Positions 13,804 through 27,560 of a DNA stretch of 64,000 bases are shown here, piece by piece (positions within the stretch are counted from its first letter, which is position 1; the number at the start of each line of letters is the position of its first letter). Source of the stretch: the human T2T-CHM13v2.0 reference genome, Homo sapiens. The notes below the pieces were generated by a model. The model was not told the origin of the DNA. It saw only the letters and a program-made list of their open reading frames with translations, and made no database searches. Made by a program: the position numbers and the translations under genes. Location: NCBI RefSeq assembly GCF_009914755.1, contig NC_060930.1. One strand, written 5' to 3'.

Positions 13804-15911
13804 TCTCTAACTCTCTTGGCTCCCCCCCGACACACAAGGTAAAAATATGAGATGCATTTATGTTTTGAGAAAATTTGCTAAGAGTGTCACAATAATTTTC
13901 TGGTGAGAAAATACATAAGCAGTATCCAAACAGGCAACTCCGCACCTCACCCCAGAACACCCCCAATAAAGGCACACTTTTAAAGCAAGCCTGATGATTT
14001 CCCTTCCAAAATTACTAGGTATTTCAGAAACAGCAGGTTTTAAAATACATCATCTTAAATGCAGCATCATCCTCATATGAATGTCAAAGAGAGATGAAAT
14101 GCAATTAAAAAGAGCTAACTGTTTTTTTCTCCCCCTCTCTCATTTGAGTGTTCTGGTAACTACTTACAAATTATACTTGGAAATGAATCCTTTCATAAAC
14201 TGATACTTTATTTAGCACATGAGAACTGAATAAAAATGAAGAGCATTTCCCCTTGTATTTAGAGACATTTCTACTATTCACCCTGTTACCTTTACAATAT
14301 GAAACTGAAGGATCACACACAGTAAAAATTCTCCTCTAATCTCCAGCATCACAGTAAATTCATTAGAGAAAGGCTTGAAATTCTAATACTTTCCACTGAC
14401 CTGAGGCCCGAAGGCAACTGAGGTCCTTCTCAGGGAAAAACTGCCACTAGCTAAACAAGGGGAAGCCAGAAACCCCACACTATCTTGAAACATCAGGTGG
14501 AAAACTCTGCCGCTTAAGGACATAATCTCACACTTCTTGCCCCAAATGAACCTAGGACAGGTATACTAAGCCACGATTTATCAAAGGAAAAATGGTATAC
14601 TATAAGAGTATAGGTAAATTTGTCACAAATAAAAAAGTTTAAGCAGTTAAAATATAGCCCAAATGCAGAGTGGCAGGTTTGAAATATACACTTACTACCT
14701 AACAATATAAAAAGATGTTACTTTATTTGTGCATGATTGAATTCAACTTGATTATGATCATTGCATTTCTACTTATGGCAGAAAAAAAAACAATCTTACT
14801 CATTACAGGTAACCTAGTGGCTTCAGAGTTAAAACTTTAGTTGCTTCAGGGCAATCAGTCAAATTAAATTCACTTCAAGCTGCCGGGCTGTGTCCCTTTC
14901 GTTCTCCTTCTTCTCCCCAGGGAGATTACAGACCATCACAGTGATGGGGAGAGGATTGAGTCTAGGTGCTGGCCTCTGGCCTCTGTGGGATGTCTTGTTC
15001 CTTTGTCATTGGGTGCTGGCCTGGTTTGGCTGATGTAGCTGGTCAATACCTCACTGGGGCTCAGTAGTATCTGTGGCCACGATCCCAGCCAGCCTCCAGC
15101 AGGGAGATTGGCACACTTCCCTTCTGTGCCCTCTCTATTCTGACCCTAGATATCTCAGTACCTTTACATCCACCCAAGGGCATAAGCAGGACTGTCGGGA
15201 TTTCCCCACGCCATGTACAGGTTTTGGGGAACTGGGAAGGAACACCACCTCAGGGCCCGTTTCTACCTAAACACACCCCACTGCAGGGCAAACTACAAGG
15301 TGGTTTCCTTCCAGAGTCCCAGAGAGGAGGCAGGGCACCAGTGCTCTCTGCTTACAGGGGGTCGCTCACCTACCTGGGCCTTCTATCATCTCAATAACCC
15401 CGTAAGCAGAAGCCCAGGACAACTGGGTGCTAGATCTCAGTGACCCATCCATTTCTTAACCCTGGAATCCTCTGAATCTCTGCAAGCTCCTCCTTCCAAC
15501 CCAGGAAGCAATTTTCTCCTTCTTGGGCTAACGGAAGTGATCCTGTAGCCTCCCTCCTCCGTGGCTTAATGTACAATATATGCCAGGCCTTCTGAGATTT
15601 GGCTGCTTGGAAACCACAAACCATTTTTCTTCTAACAAAGCCTGTCTCTTTTAAATGAAGGCTTGGGCTAACTCTGTTCTCTGAAACAGGCTTTAAGGGC
15701 CTGTTTTGGAAGTCAAAAGCTGAACAATGTCTTCTTTGTCGTTGACCATGTTCTGTCCTCCCCTTGAAGTGATGGAATCCCTAGCTTCAATGGGGGAGAC
15801 TCCCAGGGCAACAACAATTAGGAGGAAGGGAAAGTAAATTGAATACCAGTTCAAAATATTATTCCCACTAAACTAGCTGCTCATAATGCAAGGTCTCAGA
15901 GGTCCCAGAAC

Positions 15912-15944
15912 ACTTACCTAGGATTTAAAAAAAAAAAAAAAAAA
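15912..15944 (-). other. Juxtaposed 3' and 5' splice-site motif (T18-AAATCCTAG|GTAAGT) in FYN intron 1
   Basis: Minus-strand poly-T tract 15927-15944, TAG at 15920-15918 and GTAAGT at 15917-15912. Function is inferred. Confidence 0.5.
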
Positions 15945-16827
15945 GTGCAACACATTGACAGGCCATTCTCCTAGAAGATACCATTTATATCATTATATAT
16001 TTATATTTGAACCAAGGGCAAGGGGAGCCTATGGCTTTCCGTTTCTTGAGTTCTTCCTACCCAATATCCTCAATCTCTGTTCTACCATTGAGTGGAGGTC
16101 CAAAACCACCCCTGCATCAGCATCATTTTGGAACTCTCCACTTCCCTGGATTTCCTCAACTGAGGGCCCCCTTACCTTTGTCACTCCTCTTCCGTACCTG
16201 CTGTGCCCACTCATCACATCCCTGAGGCCTCAGACCCTTCCTTACCTATCACCTCCAATCCAAGCTCACGCCCCTTCCAGCCTGAATACTAGTTTCAGCT
16301 GATTCATATGATGTTTTCTCTAGTCTCTTAGAGCAACCTATTATTCAAACCAATGCCCAACTCTAAGTCACCGCAAGGCCAGATTTTTCATTCCAAAGTG
16401 ACAAGTATTACCAGGCAGAGTCACAAAATTGGGCTAAAGGGAACTATAAACATACGTGCAAATTCCAATGGGGCCTCACTCCATATTTTTTATCCATCTA
16501 TTTACACACTGTGCTACAGTTTAGTGGCTGGCTGAATTTTTTCTAGATTCTCCAAGCCCACTCTCCCTTCTTCAAATCTCTCAACATGAGATGACAGTTC
16601 AGCCTCCAGTTCATAGAAAAGTTCCAGGACACTCCATTCCTTTGAACTTCTTTCTTCTTACATGCAAATTTCACTGTATCTTTATTTATCTTGCAGTAAT
16701 AGTTAAAATCAAACAGGTAAAGTACATAGCACCACGATACCTGCCATTTAGCAGGCATGCGATCTTGTTTTGTTCTTGTCTGTTCTCTTTCCCTCTGAGT
16801 GACTGCTACTTTCTATTACTTTGAGGG

Positions 16828-17300
16828 TTATAGTGGGTTCAATGGTGCCAACCCCCCAACCACAAAAAACAAAAACAAAAAACACACCATGCCCATCTGG
16901 AATCTGTGAATATGGCCTATTTGGAAAAAGGGGTCTTTGTAGATGTAATTAAGTTAAGAATATCAAGATAAGAATATCCCATATTAGGGCTGGCCCTAAA
17001 TTCAGCGACAAGTTTCCTTGTAAGAGAGGAGAAGGCCATGCAATGACATGCAGAGGAAAATACCCTGTGAAGATGGAGGCAGAGATTGTAGTGACATGCC
17101 TACAAAGCCAAGGAAAGCCAAGGTTTGCCGGCAGCCACAGAGAAGCCTGGGACAGAATCTCCTTCAGGGACTCCATAAGAAATAAACCCTGCTGAGAGCC
17201 TGGTTTCTGATTTTGGGCCTCCAGGACTATGACAGAAAATGTTCTCTTGTGTTAAGCCGAGTTTGTGGGAATTTGTTATGGCAGTCCCGGGAAACCAGTA
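16828..17300 (+). mobile_element. MLT1 (MLT1C/D-like) ERVL-MaLR solo LTR
   Basis: GTGAATATGGCCTATTTGGAAAAAGGGGTCTTTGTAGATGTAATTAAGTTAAG...GGCCCTAAAT...GTGAAGATGGAGGCAGAGATTG...AATTTGTTATGGCAG. Confidence 0.85.
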
Positions 17301-20300
17301 AAAGGTCTAACTTAATTAAGATCTCATCTCCACCAACTCTTCACCAATCTTCCATCCATCGTTCCTTCTCGCTCCTGCCTAACCAACACCTCCCTCTTCA
17401 GTGGATCATTCCTGCATGTTCTAGCTCAACCATGGGCTAGACTGAAAACCCCATGGGTGTTTTGGTGGGCAGCACAGAGCAGGAATCTTCCAGCAGCAGC
17501 AGTTCTGGATCTCAAGTGTGTGGAAGGAAGCCCTGTTCTGGGGATGGGGGCCAGGGTGATTCATTCCCTGGAAACAGAACCTCTGTCACAGCTAGAGATG
17601 TGAGGATCAGGGAAAGCAGTAGGGCTTGCCTTGGGCACCCCAGATTAGGGACTCTTCCCCACATGGCATGTTGGACTGGGGTACAATCAAATAATGTTTA
17701 GGGTTGCAGTTTTTTAAGTGCCAATCCCTCTTGGATCATACTTAACAAATAAATTAACCAGAACCTGTCCCTTTCCCAGGAGCTGCTGGCACCCATAGAG
17801 GCATCTGGTTCTGTTCATTCTACCACAGTCCTTCCAGATTCTTCCCAGACACTCCTCATCCTCACTAGTCTTCACTGAGTAATTCTCAACCTCCAAGAGA
17901 ACAACCTCTAACACTTGGCAGTCTGAAATCAAGAATCTGTTGAATAATGACTATGGGAATTACATGGTCAACCACACTTACATGAAAAGAAGTGTGAGGT
18001 ATGGCACATTATCTATGCTTTGGCCCTAACGGAGAGGCAAGATTAGAAGTAGGGCTATTGCATTTTCACCCAAGGAGGCAGAACATAAGGGGGAATCTAA
18101 AACATGCAACCAAAATCTGGATTCTAAACCATGACTCCAAGGATCCATCAGTGCAGAGGACCCAATGTATCACCTGCATGAAGAAAAGTTACTTAAGACG
18201 CATCTCATTCTAGAAGTACTGAAAACATATGTAAAACCTCCCAACTTGGAAGCTTAGAATCAGAACCAATGAGCATTTAATAAATGCACAGTGTAGTATC
18301 ACGCAGCACAAGGCAAATTAAACAAGGTTCACTCTCAGCCTTCTAGAAACTTGCTACTGAAAATGGACAATATTGACGCTGATGTGTACAAAAGAGGGTA
18401 GACATGAGCAGAATGAATAAATACATGAAGTGGTAACATTATATGCCAGCAAAGGGGATAGTACATTTTGTCAAAGTGCCATGTGATCTCCCACATTTAA
18501 GGTGGTAGTTGTGGTAGCGGGGAGGTGGCAGAAAAAGCACTTAAATAATAGACGGCGTATGGTTAAGCAAGGAAAAAAAATCCACCACTGCTTCTCGAAG
18601 ATCACAATAGCATTTCAAACAACAGTAAAGCACCAGGTACCTCCCCTCCCCCTTTCAGCTGCAGCAGTTGGCCTACATCCACAGAAAGTGTTCTTATTGC
18701 TCTCTATCCCAGATACATTAAACCTGGCATCCAGGAGAGGACTAGGCAGGGGAAGCCATTAACGAGGAATCACAGCGAGCTCTCACAGGCAGCTGAGAAG
18801 GCTCTTCATGAATGCAGACCAACACTGCCTGTTGTGCTGTTTTGAGTTTCGTTATAGAAATGACTCCAGGGGTCCCTCCCCATGACCATGGAAAACATTT
18901 TATAAAGCTTGTTTTCAATCATTCTTTTGAAGGATATACAAACAAAGGCTATAGCTGAGCTGTAGAGTTAAATCATTACTTCGTAGAGCCTTAGTCTGGG
19001 ACAGAACCCTCTTCCTATGCTAAGGAGATTCTACTACAAAGTAAACAAAATCAATGCATGGAGAGGAAGGCACTTCCACAGCCAAAATTGGGCTATACAT
19101 GGCAGAGGCACTCAGTTAAATGTTGCTTTGTGAGGTCCAGGTGTGGGTAGGTACATAATACTTTCAGGCCCAACAATACTGGCAGTCCATTTGGCTATTG
19201 TTCTCTCGCCCATCATTTATTACTGTATTCCTCCAATTTCCTCTAGATTTTGAAGAATTCTGCATTTTCTCTCTGCTCTTGGATGTCATTTCCTTTCTTT
19301 TTTAGTGAAAATCTTATGGATGAAAACCTGATGGCAGAGGGCAAAGGAGTAACTATTTCCCCAATCACCCTAAATTTTTAACAAAAAGCTCAAGATTACA
19401 AACAAAAAATCTTCAAACACATATCATTCTCAAAATGAAATGGTGGTTTCTAAAGCAGTCTAGGACAGTTAATGAACCCAAACTGTGTTGTGGGTCAGTA
19501 GGGAGTAAATCTTGTGCCACCAGAAAATACAGAAGCTCAATGTCCAAAAAGAAGCCAGCCTCATAGCGCAGATGCCCAGAAAGCCAGCTGCATGTTCCAG
19601 TGCCTTACCCCGGGCCTGTCTAAATGAACATTGCTGAGTATCCACACTGTGAATGACAGTGTGCTACGTGCCTTAGGTGGACAGTCAAAAAGGGGAGCGG
19701 CATATGTGGGGCCAAGTATGTCTAGGAGAACTGGATTCTAGTCTAAGCTAAAGTAGTAACCGGATGTACCAACTTGGGCAAGTTGTAAAAACCTTCCAAA
19801 CCCTGAATTTCTCATATTGAATTTAACTAACAATGTCAGGCATCACTTATTAGGAGGCAATTGAGAGATACAAGTGTTCAATGCAAGAGAATAAAGAGAT
19901 TGGGGGAAGCTTTTGAGAGTTGGGATTCCAGCTGGGCCTAGACAGGTGAGTAGAATTCTAAGGAAAGGGAAGGACGGGGGATTCCGGGAAAGGAAAACAA
20001 AGGCCGGAGCCATATTGCCAATTAACGAGATGGTAATGGGCTTCTGGCTAACCAAGCATTAGCATCTGCTAAATGAGGTGAGCCAGGATGACTAAGGAAG
20101 AACGTAGATACTACAGAAGGCACTGAAGGCCAGGCTAAGGAACCTGGTCATTCTGCCTCCATTCACTGGGCTGTTTAGTAAAGGGACAGGATCCAAGAAC
20201 CAGTATCTACATTAGCCGGCACATCCACAGTGACATGGATCAATACCTCCTCACTCAATCTAGGAAATATGAGAGTGAAGCCAAACTAGACAATAAAAGG

Positions 20301-21349
20301 TGATACCCTTCAAACTCAGACAGCAACTAGAGAAACCATTAACAGAAATCAGCGCTTCTTAAAATATCCTTATGTGCATGTATGTGCCTAGGTACAGGCA
20401 ATACATCACACAATCTCTAGAATAACAAAAAAATAAAATTAAAACAAAAATCAAATTTCACAAGTGACAACATTTGAAATTGTTATTGCTTCTAAATAGA
20501 CATGACATTTGTGTGGAAATGAAGTTGTTGGTGTTTATTTGCCTTTTCAGTAGAATTTAAATTGGGCAGGATTTCACAGAAATACAGATTCAGTAACTTT
20601 CTGGGGATTAAAAGAAGAAAGGATTGGGAAAAGTGCCCTGGGCTTTGTTGTGGGAAAGGAGATCTGGCTCATTTTTAATTTTCCATTAAAGCCCTACTTT
20701 TCAATATAAAGCAGATGGAATCCTTATACAACTCCATGAAAAGCCTACTATTTTTGGATACCTCAAAGATGGAAGCTCTGAAGAAAATGAAAGTGTTTGA
20801 CTTCATCAGATAAAATCCCACCAGCATATTCAAAAGGCACAGGTACTTAGAAACCTTTAAATTACAAGTTAAGAGGTCTTTCTGTGCGGATTTATGATCC
20901 CGGGCCCCTCTCAAGCTTCGGCACTCTCTGACTCTTGCTGACTGATGGTTTCTACCACTTCTCCGCCTGCTCCCACTACTCTAGTTGGGACTCCCTATGT
21001 TTGCTTCCTTCCTTGTCTTCCAGAGCTGCCTGCTGACTCTTCCCTTCTCACTGTTGTTCCCAGATACAGAAAAGATGAGAAGCGTTCAGCCCTGCCTGGC
21101 CCATACCCACTGAATCCAAATGAGGCCTGGGGATATGCATTCTATGAGATCTTCAGCATATTTGTGCTCTTTTCTTATTATGCGATAAGACCTGGTTCAA
21201 TATATTCTGTTTGTCACTCTGCTGGGGTGGACAGGAGAACAAAAGGGCTGATGTTTACTGTGCAGAGTCTGTGAGATACTAGGCTGGGAGCTGCTGGGCA
21301 CCACCTCCACCCTCACAGTTTACAATCTCATTAAAGAGATGGCGCAAAT

Positions 21350-21520
21350 TTAGTGTGAAGAACATAGATGTTGGAGCCAGACTGCTGTGTTCAGATCCCA
21401 GCTCTGTCACTTACTCTGTGACGCTGACTAAATCACTTAGCCTCTGTGACTCAGTTTTTCCATCTTTTAAATGGGATAATAATGGTAGTACCTCCTAGAA
21501 TTGTGCTGGGTGTTATGTTG
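21350..21520 (+). mobile_element. MIR SINE
   Basis: TGGAGCCAGACTG..GTTCAGATCCCAGCTCTGTCACTTAC...CTCAGTTTTTCCATCT..AAATGGGATAATAAT core. Confidence 0.8.
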
Positions 21521-21859
21521 ACAAATCAATCATAAAATAGAGTCCCTGACTTCCAAAGAGCTCACAAGTCGGTGGGAAAGGCCAGTGCCTGCCCCACTGT
21601 CCTACCCAGCTGGTTCCCTCAGCCTTACGAATCAGGCTATGATGAGGATGATGATGAGGTGGTAATCAGGTGCTCTGGGAGCCCAGAGGTAAGAGAGATG
21701 GGAGGGCTTCTCAAGAGGCAGTAGGTTTTGAGGGGAGTCATCAGAAAGGGTGAGACTTCCACGGTGGGTAAAGGTGCCTCTGCATCCTGCAACACAGGAC
21801 ACAGAAGTAACTGCAAAGCAAAGGCAAGGAGGCAGGGAATGAGGAACCACAGCTCTGGA

Positions 21860-22080
21860 GCAAAAGCAGGAAAGAGTTTAGCAGTCACACAGACCTGGCT
21901 TCACTAGTTATTAGCTGTGTGACCATGAGCCATTTGCCTCTCTGAGCTTCAGTCTCCCCATTTGACTAATGGGTATAATAATACATGCCTCCTAGAGTTG
22001 CTATGATTAAGTACATGACTGTATGTAAGCACCTAACACATGCCTCCGAGTTCAATAAAATGGCAGGTGCTATTATTTCT
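21860..22080 (+). mobile_element. MIR SINE
   Basis: TAGCTGTGTGACC...CTCTCTGAGCTTCAGT...AATGGGTATAATAATAC...CAATAAA. Confidence 0.75.
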
Positions 22081-23225
22081 ATGGTGTATTCAGGGAGGAG
22101 TAGGTAGCTGTGGTATGCTCTCTACTTTTTTGCAGTATCACAGAAAGGAGAATACAAGGCCAGAAACAAGTAGTCCTCTAAAAAAGCTTTCTGAGTGCAA
22201 ATAAGCAATGAGCTAGGACTTTCCCATGGTACTTTTTTCTCCCCCAAACTCTTACAGTTAATAGGTACTCAATACATATTTGCCTAAACCAACCAAGTGC
22301 TGCTCGAGGTCATGGGTTTACAAGGGCAGAGTATGTGATGATCTCTGCTTCCTAAGTATACCCAAGAAGGAGACCCAAGTCAGGCTTCACTTCCAGACGG
22401 AGGTGCACAGCAGGCTGTTCTGGAAGCAGGCTGAGACAAATGGGAAAGCGCTCTCAACCAAATATTACAACAACTCGGAGTCTTACAAACATTGTTAAAG
22501 TTTCATGAGTCAGTAAGCATTATCTTTTCCTCCCACGTTTTTATTAGACCATAAATCCAATTCAATTTATATTCTTCCAGGATTACTGCGTTCTAATCAA
22601 GTCCACAGTGTCACTTATTCCTAAGTTGTCTATATTGCATGTCACCCAAGTCCATTTGGATAATACCATTCAGGCTTCTCATGTGTTTTAGTAGCTAAAA
22701 ATTAGATTTGCTCAACTAGAAACACTAAAAAAATTATTATAGTCCTCTAAATAACACAAATCACTCTTTTTTCATAGGAGCCAAATGTGTGAAAGTCATA
22801 ACCCATAGTTTTTTCTTACTTTATAGTTCATTCTACCTTTAGAAAAGTCACAATGACATTCTGAAGTCAAATTCGAGGGATTTCCATTGTAAATAGGTTA
22901 AAATTCTGGTTATCTGACTAAAAGAAACCCTTTTACAGGGTTAACGTCAGAATGCTTTCATGTTTTCCGTTCTCAAGAATGAAGGTGCTGCATTTCTTAC
23001 TAAAAATGCTGTTTTCAATCATACCATGTAAGTAAATTTCCCAACTTTTCTAACAATTTTTGATTCAGAACCGACAATCACCCAAATCTCTTTCTAAAAT
23101 ATTCAAAGTTTCCTTACATACACACAATATATTGTCATCATCCCTTCCCTAAAGCATGTATGTCATATGTGTATATATACACATACACACATACATATGG
23201 ATTAACAACAGCAGCAAACACATAG

Positions 23226-23763
<538 letters not shown>

Positions 23764-24274
23764 TGAGAGGTGTGAAACCTGGTGACTTTGCCATCTTGGA
23801 CAAGTTGCTTAACCTCTTCATTTAACTTCATTTTTCCTCACGAGTAAAATGAACATGTTGACTACATGATCTCTAAGATTCCATGGCCTGTGCCCATGAA
23901 AAACCGCAAGAGTCCTTCATGGTTGTATGTTCTACAGGCTTTGATATGTGTTTTTACCCTGGCTGGGGAGCAACAGATTTCTAGACTTCTCCCCCTCTAG
24001 TTCTCCTGATGCTGCTTTGGGCAGGTTCAGATATCTTCAGTGCTAAATCCAACTGCATTTTTTGTTCTTTATGTTGCTCAACTCTGAAGCTGGTCTAGTA
24101 CTCCGCAGGCTCCTCTCCCATTCTGGGCCTGACTCCTCCTCTGTTCCTGGGCTTGCTCTCTGCCCTTTCTGCTCTTTCTACTCCACACATTCTCCCTGGG
24201 TGACCTCACCCACATCCATGGCTTCAATTTTTGTAATTTGTTTGCTAACGAATTTATATTCAAGACCTAGTCCT

Positions 24275-25430
<1,156 letters not shown>

Positions 25431-25759
25431 TAAGTATGTAGACAATTCATAAACTTATACAGACCTAATTGTGTACCACAGAAAGACCCAGCTTTAAATA
25501 ATCACACAGAGTAAAATTATTTCCAGTATCGACATGCCTTGCTTTACCATTGTTTAATTTAATTTTGTATTTCCCAGGTAAGTAGTAGATAAGTGTCTGA
25601 ATGGAAGGAGGGTAGGGATGAATATTGTATTTCTATTTGGCTATAAAATTATATTTCTCATCAACCAAAAGTCTTAGTTTCTAAAGCATTTCAGTCACCC
25701 TCCCTTATGGCACATAACGTATTTTAATATCATCATTATATGTAGTATTTTGAATATTA

Positions 25760-25995
25760 CCTAGTGGCTAAGGGCAAAGGCTTTGGAACCAAACTAATTG
25801 GACCTGAATCCTGACTCTACCACTTAGTAGCTGTATGATCTTGAATTAGTTACTTAACAAGCTACTAAAGTTTGCTTCAATTTCCCATCTGTAAAACGGA
25901 GATTATAAGTGAAACCACTTCATATTATTATTGTTAAGATCGGAGCTTAAACAGTGCTTGGCATATAGTAAATGCTCAACAAATGTTAACAATTA
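25760..25995 (+). mobile_element. MIR SINE
   Basis: GGCTTTGGAACC..GAATCCTGACTCTACCACTTAGTAGCTGT...CATCTGTAAAACGG...GGCATATAGTAAATGCTCAA. Confidence 0.8.
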
Positions 25996-26480
25996 TTAAT
26001 TATTTTTATCTCTTCTAGTAGACCGTGAACTTCTGAAAAGCAAGGACAGCAGAAGTATTCATTTCCAGGACCTCATCTCCCCAGTGCCTTGCACAAAGTA
26101 ACATACTAGGCTAATGTCTGCAGAACAGATGAATATAATGAAGTATTCATGGCAAAAAAAAGTGCATTAACAATTATGATGGCTGGTATGAATGGAATTG
26201 CTCCAACAATTTGGAAGCCTGTGGAGAACAGGGACTACCCAGAACACTAGAACCCTGCTCATGGAGATTTGGAAGCTCACTTAACCTCCGTGGAATATGC
26301 AAGACTCACAGACAAAGAGGGCAGCTGAGTGACAGAGGAGACCCATGTGGGCCTGAAGAGCTGGCTGGCTGAGCCTCCTGCCCTTCCGTTAAGAAGCTGC
26401 AAGGCCTTGGGGCAAGGAGTTTCACCTCTCAGGCTAATTAATTTCCTCTTCCAATTAAGAGGGAGTGGGACTGTGATTTC

Positions 26481-26776
26481 TGTTTTTCTTTTTGAGATAG
26501 GGTCTCACTCTGGAGCCCAGGCTAGAGTACAGTGGTATGACCTCAGCTCACTGCAGTCTCTACCTCCCAGGCTCAAGTGATCCTCCCACCTCAGCCTCTT
26601 GAGTAGCTGGGACCACAGATGCATGCTACCATGCCTGGATAGTTTTTAAAAGATTTTTCGTGGAGACGAGGTCTCACTATGTTGCCCAGGCTGATAACAA
26701 ACTCTTGGGCTAAAGTGATCCACCCACCTCAGCCTCCCAAAGTGCTGGGATTACAGGCGTGAGCTGCAACATCCAG
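26481..26776 (-). mobile_element. AluJ-type SINE
   Basis: GAGATAGGGTCTCACTCTG...GCTCACTGCAG...GCTCAAGTGATCCTCCCACC; TSD-like GA(C/G)TGTGATTTCT. Confidence 0.9.
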
Positions 26777-27164
26777 AAGGAGTGTGATTTCTAAGGACTC
26801 TCCTAGCAACTTTGGGAGTCTACAGAATGACCAGATGAAAAATGAAGCCAAGAAAGGTGCTTTTGGAGTAAAAGAACCACATCAAAGTCAACACAGGAAG
26901 CATCAGATGATTGTATCACATGGGATTATTGAGTAGGAATTGGCAACATTTGAAACATAAAATTTGAAACATGACAAAAAGTAAGATTTTTGAAACATGC
27001 TTAGGATGAAAAGATCTAAACTTATAAAATCAAAAGAAAAGCAATGACGGGTGTCCGCTCTAGGTTTCTATTTAATTCCCATTAGCCTATAAGTTTCTTG
27101 AGGGCAGTGAATGTGCCTTGATAAGTGGCAGTGTTTGACAAAGCTGTTCAATAAAAATACATTT

Positions 27165-27560
27165 ATTCTGTATCTTTTTTCTGAGCACATGGCTAAACTA
27201 CATTTCCCAGGCTCCCTTGCAATTAAATGTGGCCATATAACTAGCCCTCAAGTAAAGAATGTGAGAGGAAGTGATGGTGGCACTTCCAGGCTAAGGTATT
27301 TTAAAAGTGGGTGTGCCCCGTCTACTCTCTGTTGCCCCTTCTGTAAACTGAAACAGGTTACGATGATAAGCTATGGGATGGTGGAGCTACAAGATAGGGG
27401 TGTGGGACCCAGAGTCACTGCATGGAGGAAAGCCACCTACCGACCAGAAACATGAATTTTTGACTATTAAATGAGCAAGAATAAACGTCTATTGCTTTTG
27501 AGCCATTATATATTTGCAGGCCTATTTGTTACACCTGCTAACATTAGCCTAATTGATACA
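27165..27560 (+). mobile_element. Old MLT1 (I/J-like) MaLR LTR
   Basis: CTACATTTCCCAGGCTCCCTTGCAATTA..TGTGGCCAT...GGAAGTGATG..CACTTCCAGGC...GAGCAAGAATAAAC...TTTGTTAC. Confidence 0.75.
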
